Under the pieces are notes generated by a model, which saw nothing but the letters and a program-made list of their open reading frames with translations, did not search any database and was not told the DNA's origin. A stretch of 64,000 nucleotides of DNA from Candidatus Eiseniibacteriota bacterium (lineage in GTDB: Bacteria > Eisenbacteria > RBG-16-71-46): assembly GCA_031364845.1 (NCBI GenBank), contig JANLWX010000231.1, positions 23,531 through 87,530 on the forward strand. Direction: 5' to 3'. The position numbers and the translations under genes were made by a program. This document shows positions 19,561-30,800 of the stretch, piece by piece (position 1 is the first letter of the stretch; every line of letters begins with the position of its first letter).

Positions 19561-22013
19561 TTTTCTCTCAACTGGCCGCCACATTCCTTCGCGACGGCCA
19601 TCACCATGCGTTCCTGGATGGCCTGGACCTCGGGCTCCGTCATGGTCCGCTCGGGATGCATGAAGCGCAACGCGAACGCCATGCTCTTCATCTCGGTCGG
19701 AGTACCCGGGCCAGCGTACACGTCGAACAATTCGAGCGAGGCCAGCCGCTCTCCGGCGGCAACGGTCAGCGCGCGCTCGAGGTGCTGGTGCGTCACGCTC
19801 TCGGGCACGAAAAATGCGAGGTCGCGGCGCACCGGAGGAAAGCGACCGGGCATCGAGGCTCGGGGCGTGCGTTGCGCGGAGTGGATCAAAGGCTCGAGCA
19901 AGGCCACGAACACGTGAACCTGCGCGTCGATCTCCCACTCCTTGAGCAGCGTCTGGCCCAGAGTTCCCGCCCATCCAATGCGTGAAGCCGAGCTTGCAAC
20001 CTCCGCACTGGCATCGCGTTTCCAGCCGTCGCCAGAATAGGCTCGCCATTCAGGGGTGTCAACGCGCAACTCCTGGAGCCATGCCTCCCAGATTCCACGC
20101 GCATCGGCGAAGTCGACCGGCTGCTGCGAGGTGTCGTGCGCATGCGCATATCGGGGTCCGGTAAGGAGTGCCGCGATCATCAGCGTCTCGGCCGGCAGCG
20201 TGGCTTCGCCGTTCGCGGCGATGCGCGCACTCTCGTCCGTGTTCCACGCGAACCCGTGGCCGATCTCGAACAGCCGCACCGCTTCGACACCCTGCTTGAG
20301 ATTGTGCGCGCACGCGCGCAAGAGCCCGCCGAGCAGATTCGGCCGCAGCACTTCGTGCTCGCGGCTCATCGGATTGCGCAAGCGCACGAGTCGCGCGGGA
20401 TCGGCGCCGAGCACCGTGGCGGTGATCTGCGCCTCGCGTTCGGACAGCAGGCTGGTCGAGCACGCTTCGGTGAGTCCGCGCGCGAGCATCGCGGCGCGCG
20501 CGGCGGCGATCGTGCGCTCGCGCGCGGAGCGCACGGCGTAGGCGCCGCTGGTCTCGAGCGGCACATCGGGAATGCGGTCGTAGCCGTTGGAGCGCGCGAC
20601 CTCTTCGACCAGGTCGTCTTCAAGCGCCACGTCGATGCGCCATGGCGGCACCGTGACCGAGATCGGGTCTCCGGGCTTCACGCCGAACTCCAGCGCCTCG
20701 AGATGACGCGCGGCATCCGCTGCCGAAACCGGCATGCCGATCACGCGCGCGCAGCGCGAGGCGCGCAGCTCGAGCACGCGCGGCGCGCGCGCATCGACGT
20801 TGCGCTCGCACGCCGCCCCCGCCCTCATGCCCGGACACAACGTTGCGAGCAGTTCAAGGAAGCGCGCGACCGCGACCGCGCCGATCTCGGGATCGACACC
20901 GCGCTCGTAGCGCTTGGAGGCTTCGGTCGAAAGTCCGAGGCTGCGCGCGCCGCGCCGCACGCGCGTCGGTTCGAACCACGCGCACTCGAGCAGCAGCCGC
21001 GTGGTGGCGGCATGGACTTCGCTGTCGGCGCCGCCCATCACGCCCGCGACCGCGACCGCGGCGTCGCGATCGGCGATCACCAGCACTTCGGGATTCAGTT
21101 CGCGCTCCTTGCCGTCGAGCGTCACCAGCTTCTCTCCCGCGCGCGCGAGGCGCACGCGGATCGCGGGACCCTTCAGGCGATCGAGATCGAACGCGTGCAG
21201 CGGCTGGCCGAGCTCGAACAACACGAAGTTCGTGAGGTCGACGACGTTGTTGATCGGACGCTGGCCGATCGCTTCGAGCCGCTGGGCGAGCCACGCCGGC
21301 GAAGGGGCGATAGAGATGCCTTCGATCGCATGCGCGATATAGCGCGGACACCCGCGCGGTTCTTTGAGTTCGAGGTCGAACGGGCCCGCGGCACTGACCG
21401 CGCTCCAGCGGCGATCGAACCGCGCGCGGGCGCCTTCGGTCCAGCGTCCGCCGAAGGCGGCCTTCACCTCGCGCGCGAGACCCACGACGCCCATGCCGTC
21501 CGGACGGTTGAACGGGATCTCGACTTCGAGCACCGAGTCCGCCGGGCCGAACAGCTGTTCGGCCGGCCGCCCGGGCGTGAGATCGGCACCCGCGAACACA
21601 CGCTCGAGATCGACGATGCCGTCGTGGTCGTCGCTGATCTCCAGTTCGCGCGCCGAGCACAGCATGCCCTGGCTCTCCTCGCCGCGGATCTTGCTCTTCT
21701 TGATCACGAGCCCGCCCGGGAGCCTGGCTCCCACCGTCGCGAGCGGCACGACCATTCCCGCGCGCACGTTCGGCGCGCCGCACACGACGCGCAGTTCACC
21801 CGCGCCGCCGTCGACCTTGCACAGCGACAGTTTGTCGGCGTTCGGATGCTTCTGCACATCGAGGATGCGCGCGACCACCACACCGGTGAAGCTCGGACCG
21901 TGCACCTCGATGCCTTCGACATAGAACCCGCGGCGCGTGAGCGCTTCGGCGATGTCCTCGGCCGTGGCTTCGACTTCGATCCACTCGCGCAACCATGACA
22001 GCGACAGTTTCAT
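19557..22013 (-). CDS. pheT: phenylalanine--tRNA ligase beta subunit
   Basis: Track ORF 818 aa with N-terminal tRNA-binding domain (LDVQKHPNADKLSLCKVD), then B3/4, B5 and FDX-ACB domains. Confidence 0.95.
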   Translation of the reverse strand: MKLSLSWLREWIEVEATAEDIAEALTRRGFYVEGIEVHGPSFTGVVVARILDVQKHPNADKLSLCKVDGGAGELRVVCGAPNVRAGMVVPLATVGARLPGGLVIKKSKIRGEESQGMLCSARELEISDDHDGIVDLERVFAGADLTPGRPAEQLFGPADSVLEVEIPFNRPDGMGVVGLAREVKAAFGGRWTEGARARFDRRWSAVSAAGPFDLELKEPRGCPRYIAHAIEGISIAPSPAWLAQRLEAIGQRPINNVVDLTNFVLFELGQPLHAFDLDRLKGPAIRVRLARAGEKLVTLDGKERELNPEVLVIADRDAAVAVAGVMGGADSEVHAATTRLLLECAWFEPTRVRRGARSLGLSTEASKRYERGVDPEIGAVAVARFLELLATLCPGMRAGAACERNVDARAPRVLELRASRCARVIGMPVSAADAARHLEALEFGVKPGDPISVTVPPWRIDVALEDDLVEEVARSNGYDRIPDVPLETSGAYAVRSARERTIAAARAAMLARGLTEACSTSLLSEREAQITATVLGADPARLVRLRNPMSREHEVLRPNLLGGLLRACAHNLKQGVEAVRLFEIGHGFAWNTDESARIAANGEATLPAETLMIAALLTGPRYAHAHDTSQQPVDFADARGIWEAWLQELRVDTPEWRAYSGDGWKRDASAEVASSASRIGWAGTLGQTLLKEWEIDAQVHVFVALLEPLIHSAQRTPRASMPGRFPPVRRDLAFFVPESVTHQHLERALTVAAGERLASLELFDVYAGPGTPTEMKSMAFALRFMHPERTMTEPEVQAIQERMVMAVAKECGGQLREK

Positions 22014-22079
22014 CGAACACTTCCCTGGCGAGAGGCGGTTGGGACGGTCAGCGGTCGCCGCGGGATTACCGCGCGGCGG

Positions 22080-23231
22080 TCAGAACTGGTTCAGGAAACG
22101 GAGGTCGTTCTCGAGGAACATGCGGATCTCGCCGACGCCGTGGCGCAGCATCGCGATCCGCTCGATGCCCATGCCGAACGCGAAGCCGGTGTACTCCTCG
22201 GGGTCGTAGCCGACCGCGCGGAACACGTTCGGGTGCACCATGCCCGACCCGAGCACTTCGAGCCATCCGGATCCTTTGCACACGCTGCAGCGCTTGGTCG
22301 TACCGCCGTCGGTCACCTGGCCCGCGCCGTCGCAGATCGTGCACGACACGTCCATCTGAGCGCCCGGCTCGACGAACGGAAAGTAGATGGGGATGAAGCG
22401 CGTTCGCACCTGGGCGCCGAACAGCGCGCGCGCGAAGGTGTTCAGCGTGCTCTTCAAGTCCGCCATGCTGACGTTCTTCCCGACATAGAGACCGTCGATC
22501 TGGTGGAACTGATCCATGTGGCTCGCGTCGATCTGCTCGGCACGGTAGACGCGCCCCGGAAACACGAGCCGCAGCGGCGGCTTCATCTCCGACATCGCGC
22601 GCACCCAGCCCGGGGACGTGTGCGTGCGCATCAAGAGCGAGTCGGTGACGAAGTAGGTGTCGTGCGCGTCGCGCGCCGGATGATCGGGCGGGAAGTTGAG
22701 GCGCGTGAAGTTGAATTCGTCGCGCTCGACTTCGGGGCTCGTGTACACCGAATAGCCGAGACCGTGGAACAGGTCGAGCAGCTCGTCGTAGATCTGCATC
22801 AGCAGATGCCGGCGTCCGACCCACGGCAGTCGTCCGGGCAGCGTGACGTCGGTCGCTCCGCGCGACTCGGCCGCGCGTGCGTGCGCGGCGCGCACGGCTT
22901 CGTGCAGATCCTCGAGCAGCCGCTTGGCGAGGTTGAGCGCGCGGCCGCGAACCTTGCGCTGATCGAGTGGCAGTTGCGGGATCTCGGCGAGCGCGCGGGT
23001 CAGATCCCCGCGCTCGCGCCCGAGTGCCGCGGTGAAGCGGCTCACGAGCGTCGCCGCATCCGCGGCTCCTGCGATCGCATGTCCGTAGGCACTCACCGCA
23101 TCGGCGACCTCACGGTCGATCGCCGACAGCTGAGCGATCCGCTCGGCCCAATCCGCCACCCGCGTGGCGGGATCGGTTCGTTCCCAGCCGTCTTCGAGTC
23201 CGCGCACCAGGGGTGCGGCGGGGGCGCTCAC
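22080..23231 (-). CDS. pheS: phenylalanine--tRNA ligase alpha subunit
   Basis: Track ORF 383 aa with class II aaRS motifs ([29 protein letters not shown]). There is a 4-bp overlap with rplT. Confidence 0.95.
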   Translation of the reverse strand: MSAPAAPLVRGLEDGWERTDPATRVADWAERIAQLSAIDREVADAVSAYGHAIAGAADAATLVSRFTAALGRERGDLTRALAEIPQLPLDQRKVRGRALNLAKRLLEDLHEAVRAAHARAAESRGATDVTLPGRLPWVGRRHLLMQIYDELLDLFHGLGYSVYTSPEVERDEFNFTRLNFPPDHPARDAHDTYFVTDSLLMRTHTSPGWVRAMSEMKPPLRLVFPGRVYRAEQIDASHMDQFHQIDGLYVGKNVSMADLKSTLNTFARALFGAQVRTRFIPIYFPFVEPGAQMDVSCTICDGAGQVTDGGTTKRCSVCKGSGWLEVLGSGMVHPNVFRAVGYDPEEYTGFAFGMGIERIAMLRHGVGEIRMFLENDLRFLNQF

Positions 23232-23584
23232 GCTGCCGCCGACTTCGCGACCTCCGCGAGACGCGCAAACGCCGTCTCGTCACGCACGGCGAGGTCCGCG
23301 AGCAGCTTCCGATTGACCTCGATGTTCGCGCGCTTCAATCCCGAGATCAGCGTGCTGTACGACAGGCCGTTGATGCGCGCGGCCGCGTTGATGCGCGTGA
23401 TCCACAGGCGGCGGAAATCCCGCTTCTTCGCGCGGCGATGCTCCCACGCGAACTGCCCCGCGCGCTGAACGGTCTGCAGCGCGGTCTTGAACAGCTTGCG
23501 ACGACCCTGGAAATTTCCCTTGGCTGCCTTGAGGACCTTCTTACGTCGGGCGCGGCCGGGAACTACTGTTTTTGCGCGTGGCAT
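23228..23584 (-). CDS. rplT: 50S ribosomal protein L20
   Basis: Track ORF 118 aa beginning [31 protein letters not shown], which is canonical for L20. Confidence 0.95.
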   Translation of the reverse strand: MPRAKTVVPGRARRKKVLKAAKGNFQGRRKLFKTALQTVQRAGQFAWEHRRAKKRDFRRLWITRINAAARINGLSYSTLISGLKRANIEVNRKLLADLAVRDETAFARLAEVAKSAAA

Positions 23585-23662
23585 GACTCAAACCTCCATC
23601 CCCGCAGTACCGGATGCGGCGCGGGGAAATTGAACGAATCTGTGGACGACGAAGCGTCCCGA

Positions 23663-23860
23663 TTACCGCTTGCCGAGCATGCGCAGGACGCGCGGCTGAT
23701 CGACATCAGCCACCATCGCGGTCCCGACCAGCTTGCGCTTGCGACCGCGAGGCTTTCCGATCATTCCGTGACGGAGACCGGAGTGTGCTCGCTTCGCCTT
23801 ACCGCTTCCCGTGAGCTTGAATCGCTTCGCGGCGGCGCGGTTGGATTTCTGCTTGGGCAT
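23663..23860 (-). CDS. rpmI: 50S ribosomal protein L35
   Basis: Track ORF 65 aa, MPKQKSNRAAAKRFKLTGSGKAKR..., canonical for L35. Confidence 0.9.
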   Translation of the reverse strand: MPKQKSNRAAAKRFKLTGSGKAKRAHSGLRHGMIGKPRGRKRKLVGTAMVADVDQPRVLRMLGKR

Positions 23861-23862
23861 CG

Positions 23863-24501
23863 TTACTCCTTCGAACCGGCTTCCATGCGGATGCCGGAGG
23901 ACGCGGACGAACTCTTCTCGCCAGCACCCGGGTGGTCGTTGTCTTCCGTCATTTCACGGTGCTCCTTGCTGCCGGGCTTCGGGGGCCTCGGCATCAGCAC
24001 CGTCGTCAGCGAGCGCCCTTCGGAACGCGGCGGGGATTCCACCGTCGAAACGTCGGTCAACTCGGCGATGATCTTCTGGATCAACGTGAAGCCGATGTCC
24101 ATGTGCGCCATTTCACGGCCGCGGAACGTGATCGTGAACTTGACCTTGTCGCGTCCGTTCAGGAAGTCGCGCGCATGGTTCATCTTGAAGTCGTAGTCGT
24201 GGTCGTCGATCTTCGGGCGCATCTTCACTTCTTTGAGCTGCATCTGGTGCTGCTTCTTCTTGGCCTTGCGCGCGCGGCGGTTCTGTTCGTACTTGAACTT
24301 CCCGTAGTCCATGATCCGGCACACCGGCGGCCGCGCCGTCGGGGAAACTTCCACGAGATCGAGGCCGCGGGACTGCGCGAGCTGCAACGCCTCGCGCGTG
24401 GCGAGCACTCCGACCTGTGACCCATCGTCCCCGATCACTCGGACCTGGGGGACGCGGATGCGTTCGTTCACCCGAACTTCAGGCTGCTTGGCTACTGAAA
24501 T
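23863..24501 (-). CDS. infC: translation initiation factor IF-3 (AUU start codon)
   Basis: Track ORF 23863..24561. The IF3 homology (KQPEVRVNERIRVPQVRVIGDDGSQVGV...) begins at an ATT codon at 24499-24501, preceded by a perfect SD GGAGGTG at 6-nt spacing. This is the classical autoregulatory AUU start. There is no ATG at the homology start. The C-terminus carries an unusual ~40-aa acidic/Ser-rich tail. Confidence 0.8.
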   Translation of the reverse strand: MSVAKQPEVRVNERIRVPQVRVIGDDGSQVGVLATREALQLAQSRGLDLVEVSPTARPPVCRIMDYGKFKYEQNRRARKAKKKQHQMQLKEVKMRPKIDDHDYDFKMNHARDFLNGRDKVKFTITFRGREMAHMDIGFTLIQKIIAELTDVSTVESPPRSEGRSLTTVLMPRPPKPGSKEHREMTEDNDHPGAGEKSSSASSGIRMEAGSKE

Positions 24502-24560
24502 GGTTGCCACCTCCGCGAGAGCGGTTCGCTGCAGGGCCCGGAGCGCATGCGACGCATGCA

Positions 24561-24606
24561 AAAAAACGCCGGGCAGGGTTCCAAGCAGAAACCCCGCCCG
24601 GCGTTG
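24561..24606 (-). terminator. Rho-independent terminator/attenuator between giant gene and infC
   Basis: The minus strand reads AACGCCGGGCGGGG-(13 nt loop)-CCCTGCCCGGCGTT followed by UUUUUUU. The stem is 14 bp and GC-rich with one G-U pair. It lies 60 nt upstream of the infC AUU. Confidence 0.65.
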
Positions 24607-24854
24607 CCGGAAGACCAGGCACCCACGAATGATCGCGGAATGCGTGCGTCCGAAGCGAGAACCCTTGAGCGAGACCCAGAGGTCCGCGGGGGTGAGAAGC
24701 CGGTAGGGCTTCTGCTTGAAGTAAGACGTCGGGCAGTTTAGGGGGCCTGGGGTGGAATTGCAAGGCCTGCCGGGGGCCTCGCGCGGTTGCTGCCGAGGCA
24801 GGGTCCGGGCTGGCCGGCCCGCGCGGGACCGTCAGCCCTCCCCCGTGACCTTCC

Positions 24855-27800
24855 CTACTGAACGACCACGAACCTCCCCGTGACGCGTTCCGTCCCCTGG
24901 CTCAATCGCGCGAAATACATTCCGGGCTTGAGCGATCGGGCGCCCGCGATCCGCACGTCGTGCGTGCCGGCCGACAGCCCTTCGAGTGCTTCGCGCACGA
25001 AGCGGCGTCCGCCGAGGTCGTAGATCTCGAACGTCGCCGCACCCGCGCGCGGCAGCGCGAGTGATACGAGCACGCCGCGCGATCCGGCATCCCACCGCAC
25101 TGCGGACATCGCGAGCGCGGTGTTGCCGGGGACCGAAACCGACGTCTCGCCCACGAACACCTCTCCCGACGCGAGCATGATGCCGAGCCGGTAGGCGTAC
25201 TGCGCGCCCGGAACCACGTCGTAGTCGTCGAACGTCAGACGATGCGACCCATCCGGCACCAGCCGCGCCACGTGCGTCCATTCGCGTGCACCCTCACGCC
25301 GGTAGACCGCGGCTTCCGGAACGTCGGCGGTCATCCACACCACGCGCACCCGTTCGGAGTTGGCCTCGGTGGTCACGACCGATGCCTGCACAGGAGTCGA
25401 GCTCACGCAGTTGGCAATGCCGCCCTGCCACGAGATGTAGTTGCGATTGATCGGCATCGTGAGCTGCGGGTCATAGTTGAGTTGGAAGGGCTGGAACAGC
25501 TGAATCTCGTTCAGCAGGAGGCACATGGGTTCCGAGCAACCGGCGCAACTGCCGCTGCCGGTGGTCTTGGAACGCAGGATATTTGCCTTGAACGCGTAGT
25601 ACTCGGTTTCGGGATCGACCGGCGCCGCACTTTCGATCGGAACCGCCGCCTGGATCCGGAACCGCGCACGGCTGGGCGAACCGAAACCGACATCGTAGGC
25701 ATAACCGCCTGCCGCCTGTCCGGCGAAGTAGTCGACGCACGTGAACGGCCCGGAAGTGAAGTCGAAACTGGTCGCGAGCCCGGTGGTCGAGCGGCATTGC
25801 TGGCTGCCATGCCGCCACCAGTCGGGCAAGGTGGCCGTATTGGACCGGATGTCGATCTGGGCGGACATGCCGGCGAACTCCGTGACGTTCGGCGGAGGAA
25901 TGAATGATGCGATCATCGCGAATGCGGAACCAGAGTTCGCATCGCAGGCGAACGTCATGTTCTCGGTGCCCGCGGTTCCGCAGTCGCTCCACGACAGGTT
26001 GATGCCGCCGTTCGTGATCATCAGGGGCCCCACACGGAACGTGCTGTCCGAGACCGCGGTCCCGCCGGGATTGGTGACGCTGATCGGACCGTTCGTGGCT
26101 CCGGTGGGAACGGTGGCGGTGATTCTCACATCGGAAGAAATACTGAACGGCGTCGGAAGTCCGTTGAACCGGACGGACGACGTGTACAGGAAGTTCTCCC
26201 CCGTGATGGTGATCGTGCTCCCCACCGGCGCCTGGCGAGGCGAGAAACTCGCGATGCGCGGCGCGACGATGAACGTGCCGGCCGACGTCATCGAACCGTT
26301 CGGTGTGCTGACTTCGATGAATCCCGTGCGCGCACCGGCCGGGACGGTGGCGTGAATCACCGAGTCCGATACGGTCGTGAACAGAGCCGGCCGCAAGTCG
26401 AAGGTGACGAGCGAAGTTGCGGTGAAATGCAGTCCGCGGATCGTGACCACGGTGCCGGGTGCTCCCGCGCCCGGCGTGAACGACTGAACGTCCGGCAGCG
26501 GACCCGGAACTCCCTGCCACGCGATCGTCTTGTGATCGAGTGCGGTCGTGATCACCGGGTCGTACTTGAACTCGGGCGTCTGGAACAACTGGATCTGCCG
26601 CAGCGTGAGGCTCACGGGAACGTTGCACCCCGAGCAACTGCCCGTACCCGTCGACTGCGTGCGGAGGAGATTCACCTTGAAGGCGTGGTACTCGACGGCC
26701 GGATCCAACGCGACGCGATGGGAGTTCATGAATCCGAACACTTCGATCCTGGCCATGTTCGCGCCGCCGAATCCGACCGTGTAGTCGAGGGTGCCCGTCA
26801 CCAGTTCCTGCCAGGGGTTCACGCAGGAGCCCGGGGCCAGCGAGAAGTCGAAGTTCGACGTGAGGTCGCCGGTGCCGCGGCAGAACGAGGAACCGTGCTT
26901 CCACCACTCGGGCAGCGCGGAGCCCGACGCGATCCGGATGTCCCCGGAGAGACCGATCATCTCGGTGACGCCCACCGGCGGTTTGAACGATGCGAACGCC
27001 GTGACCGTTCCCGTGTTCACGTTGCAGGCGAAGTTCTTCAAGTCGGCGCCCGCCGCGCCGCATGCATCCCACGACAGGTTGATGAATCCCGGCGGCAGCG
27101 GCCCGACCGTGAACGCGATGTCGGAGATGTCCTCACCCGCGGGATTGGCGACGCGCAGCGGACCGCTGGTGGTGCCCGCCGGCACCGGGGCCGTGAGCAT
27201 CGAGTCGTTGACGATGGTGAACGTGGCGTCGAGGCCGTTGAATTCGACGTCGTTGACGTTGATGAAGTTCACGCCGCGCACGGTGATGACGTGACCCACG
27301 GGTGCCTGCCGCGGCGCGAACGACGTGATGATCGGAGCGACGCTGAACAGATCGTCGCTGACGTCGCTGCCCTGAATCGTCGCGACCGTGATCCGGCCGG
27401 TGCGCGCGCCGGGCGGTACCGAAGTCGCGATGGTCGTGTCCGAGGTCACGGAGAACGACGCACTCAACGTGTGAAAGAGCACGGAATTCGTTCCGGTGAA
27501 GTGCGCGCCGCGAATCGTGACCGGCTGTCCCGGGGCACCCGCCATGGGTGAGAACGAGTCGATCACCGGCGGCGGACCCGGCTCCGCCTGCCACGCGATC
27601 GCGTTGCGAAGCTGCGGTGTCGTGATCACGGGATCGAAGCCGAGTTCCGGGGACTGCATCAGCTGTAGCTGCTCGAGCGTGAGCGAAACGGGCACGTTGC
27701 ATCCGGAGCACGCACCCGCTCCGGTCGTCGCGGTACGAAGCACCTGCACCTTGAACGCGTTGTACTCGCGATCGGACTGGGTCGCGGTGCGATTCGACGG

Positions 27801-30800
27801 ATCCATCGCACACACGACCTGCAGCAGTGCCGTGTTGGGGCCGTCGTAGGCGACTGAATACGAGGTGTTGCCTACCGCCTGGCCCTGCCACGGATCGAAG
27901 CATGGTGAGCCTGCGAAGCTGAAGGTTGCCGGCAGAGCGGAGCTGGCGCGGCATTGCGCGAAGCCGTGTTTCCACCAGTCGGGAAGCGCCTGGGACGATG
28001 CGATGCGCACGCGGGCGGACATTCCGATCAGCTCCTGCACGCCGGGAGGCGGCACGAACGAGCCGACGAACGTGAACCCGGTTCCCGTGTTCGCGTCGCA
28101 CGCGAACGTCTTGAGCGCCGTACCCGCCGTACCGCACAGATCCCACGACAGGTTGAGCAAGCCCGCGGGCAGCGGTCCGACATGGAACAGACTGTCTGAG
28201 GTGTCGGAGCCGCCGATATTGGTCACGGTGATCGGTCCGTCGGTCGCTCCCGCCGGCACCGGCGCCTGCAGGGTCGAGTCGTTCTGCACGGTGAACGTGG
28301 CGGTGGTGCCGTTGAAGCTCACGGCCGTGGTCCGCGTGAAGTTGAAGCCGCGGATCGAAAGCGGATAGCCCACCGGGGCCGATTGCGGAAGGAAGTTGCG
28401 CAGTTCGGGCGCCGCGATGAACATGCTGTCGCTGGTGTCCGAACCCTGGATCGTCGCGAGGTGAATCGGTCCGGTGCGCGCACCGGCCGGCACGACCGCC
28501 TCAACCTTGGTGTCCGAGGTCACCGTGAACGACGAGGCCGCAAGCGTGTGAAACCTCACCGACGAAGCGCCGGTGAATCCGCTGCCCGAGATCGTGACGA
28601 CCTGAGCAGGACCGCCGCCCGGCGGTGTGAACGCCGAAATCTGCGGAACCGGTCCCGGTGCTGCCTGCCACAAGGCGACCACTCGAGCGGCCGGTGTGGT
28701 GAGGATCGGATCGTATCCGAGTTCGGCACTCTGGAAGAGCTGGATCTGATTGAGTGTGAGGCCTACGGGGAGGCTGCAGCCCGCGCATGCGGCGGCGCCG
28801 GTCGTGTTCGCGCGCTGGATCTGCGCTTTGAACGCGTAGTACTCCGTCGAAGGACTGGCCGCTCCCGCCGAGGCCGGCAACGAACACGAGATCTGGAGTC
28901 GCGCGCTGTTCGCGCCATAGAACCCGACGCCGTACGAGGAACTCCCGGTCGCGAGCCCCTGCAGGATGTCGGTGCACGACGTGGGTCCGCTGCGGAAGTC
29001 GAAGTTCGTCGTGAGCCCTGTGGTTCCGCGGCACTGGCCGGGGCCGTGTTTCCACCAGTCGGGCAGATCACCGGTCGAAGCGATTCGGATCTCGGCCGCG
29101 AGGCCCGTGAGTTCGAGGACATCGGGCGGAGGAATGAACGATCCGACCAGCGTGAACGCGCTGCCCGTATTGAGGTCGCAGGCGAACGCCTGGGTCGCGG
29201 TCCCCGCGAGTCCGCAGTCGTTCCACGACAGATTGATGGTTCCCGATACGATCGGACCGACATGGAACGGGTCGTCGGAAGTGTCGGTGCCACCGGGGTT
29301 GGTGATGGCGATCGGACCGTCGGTTGCGCCAACGGGGACGATGGCATAGATCGTCGTGTCCGAATGCGTCGTGTACGACGAAGCGAGTCCGTTGAACCGG
29401 ACCGACGTCGAGCGCGTGAAGTTGGTGCCGCGGATCACGACCGTGTGCCCCACCGGGGCGGTGTGCGGCAGGAAGAAACGGATGTCGGGCTTCACCACGA
29501 ACAGACTCTCGGATGCCGCGGTTCCGCGGGATGTGGTCACCGCGATCGAGCCGGTGCGGGCGGCGGCGGGGACGGTCGTCGAGATCCGTGTGTCGGAGTC
29601 GACGGTGAAGGAAGCGGACACGTCGCGGAACCGAACCGCGGTGGCTCCTGTGAAGTACTGGCCCTGGATCGTCACCGGGATGCCGGGGGCCCCGGCGAGC
29701 GGCGTGAACGAATCGACCCGCGGCAACGGCCCGGGCTCCGCCTGCCAGAACGCGCTGTTGCGATGGAAAGGAATCGAGATCACCGGGTTGTAACCCATCG
29801 CGGCCGGCTGAGTGAGCTGGATCGTGTGGAGCGTGACGCGCACCGGCGTCTCGCAGCCATCACACTTCCCGGAGGAGTAGCTCTTGTTGCGCGTGATGTT
29901 GACCTTGAACGCGTAGTACGCCGTGTTCTGATCGACCGGAGTGTTCAGGGTCGACGAACTCGAAATTCTGATGCGGGCCGTGTTCGCGCCATAGAAGCCC
30001 ACATCGTAGCTGAAGCCCCCGCCGTTGATCTGGTCGAGCCACAGGTTGTCGCAGGAATAGGGTCCGCCGAACGAGCTGAAGTTGACGTTGAGCCCGGCCG
30101 AGCTGCGACACTGACCGGATCCATGCTTCCACCAGTCGGGCAAGGTGGTGGCATACACGCCGAGATCGGAGATCGCCCCGTTGAGCTGGCTCACGCCGGG
30201 CGGAGGCACGAACGACCCGATCAGCGTGAACGGCGTTCCCGTGTTTCGATCGCACGCGAACGTCTTGATCGCCGTTCCCGCGAGTCCGCAATCGTCCCAC
30301 GACAGATCCAGCGCGCCCGCCGCGGGGCCCACGCGGAACACGGAGTCGGATGGAGTCGTGCCGCCGGGATTCGTGATCGAGATCGGCCCGGTGGTGGCCG
30401 CGCCCGGCACGACCGCGAGGAGCAGCGAATCGCTGTCGATGGAGAAGCTCGCCGTCGTCCCGTTGAAACGCACGGCCGAGACGTTTGCGAAGTTGCGGCC
30501 GGTGACGAGGATCGAGGCACCCGCGGACGCCTGCTTCGGCAGGAAGTGGCGGATCGCAGGGGCCACCGTGAACGAGAGGCTGGTGCCGCTTCCGAACGCC
30601 GTATCGAGCGTGATGGGCCCGGTCTCTCCCCCGACGGGAACGGTCGTCGTGACCTGAGCGTTGGAGACGATGTTGAACGCCGCGGCCACGGTCCCGAAGC
30701 GTACGGACGTGGTGCCGAGCAGGTTCGAGCCGTTGATCGTCACGACCACGCCCGGCGCTCCGGCTGCAGGCGAGATCGAACCGATCACCGGCGGTCCCGG

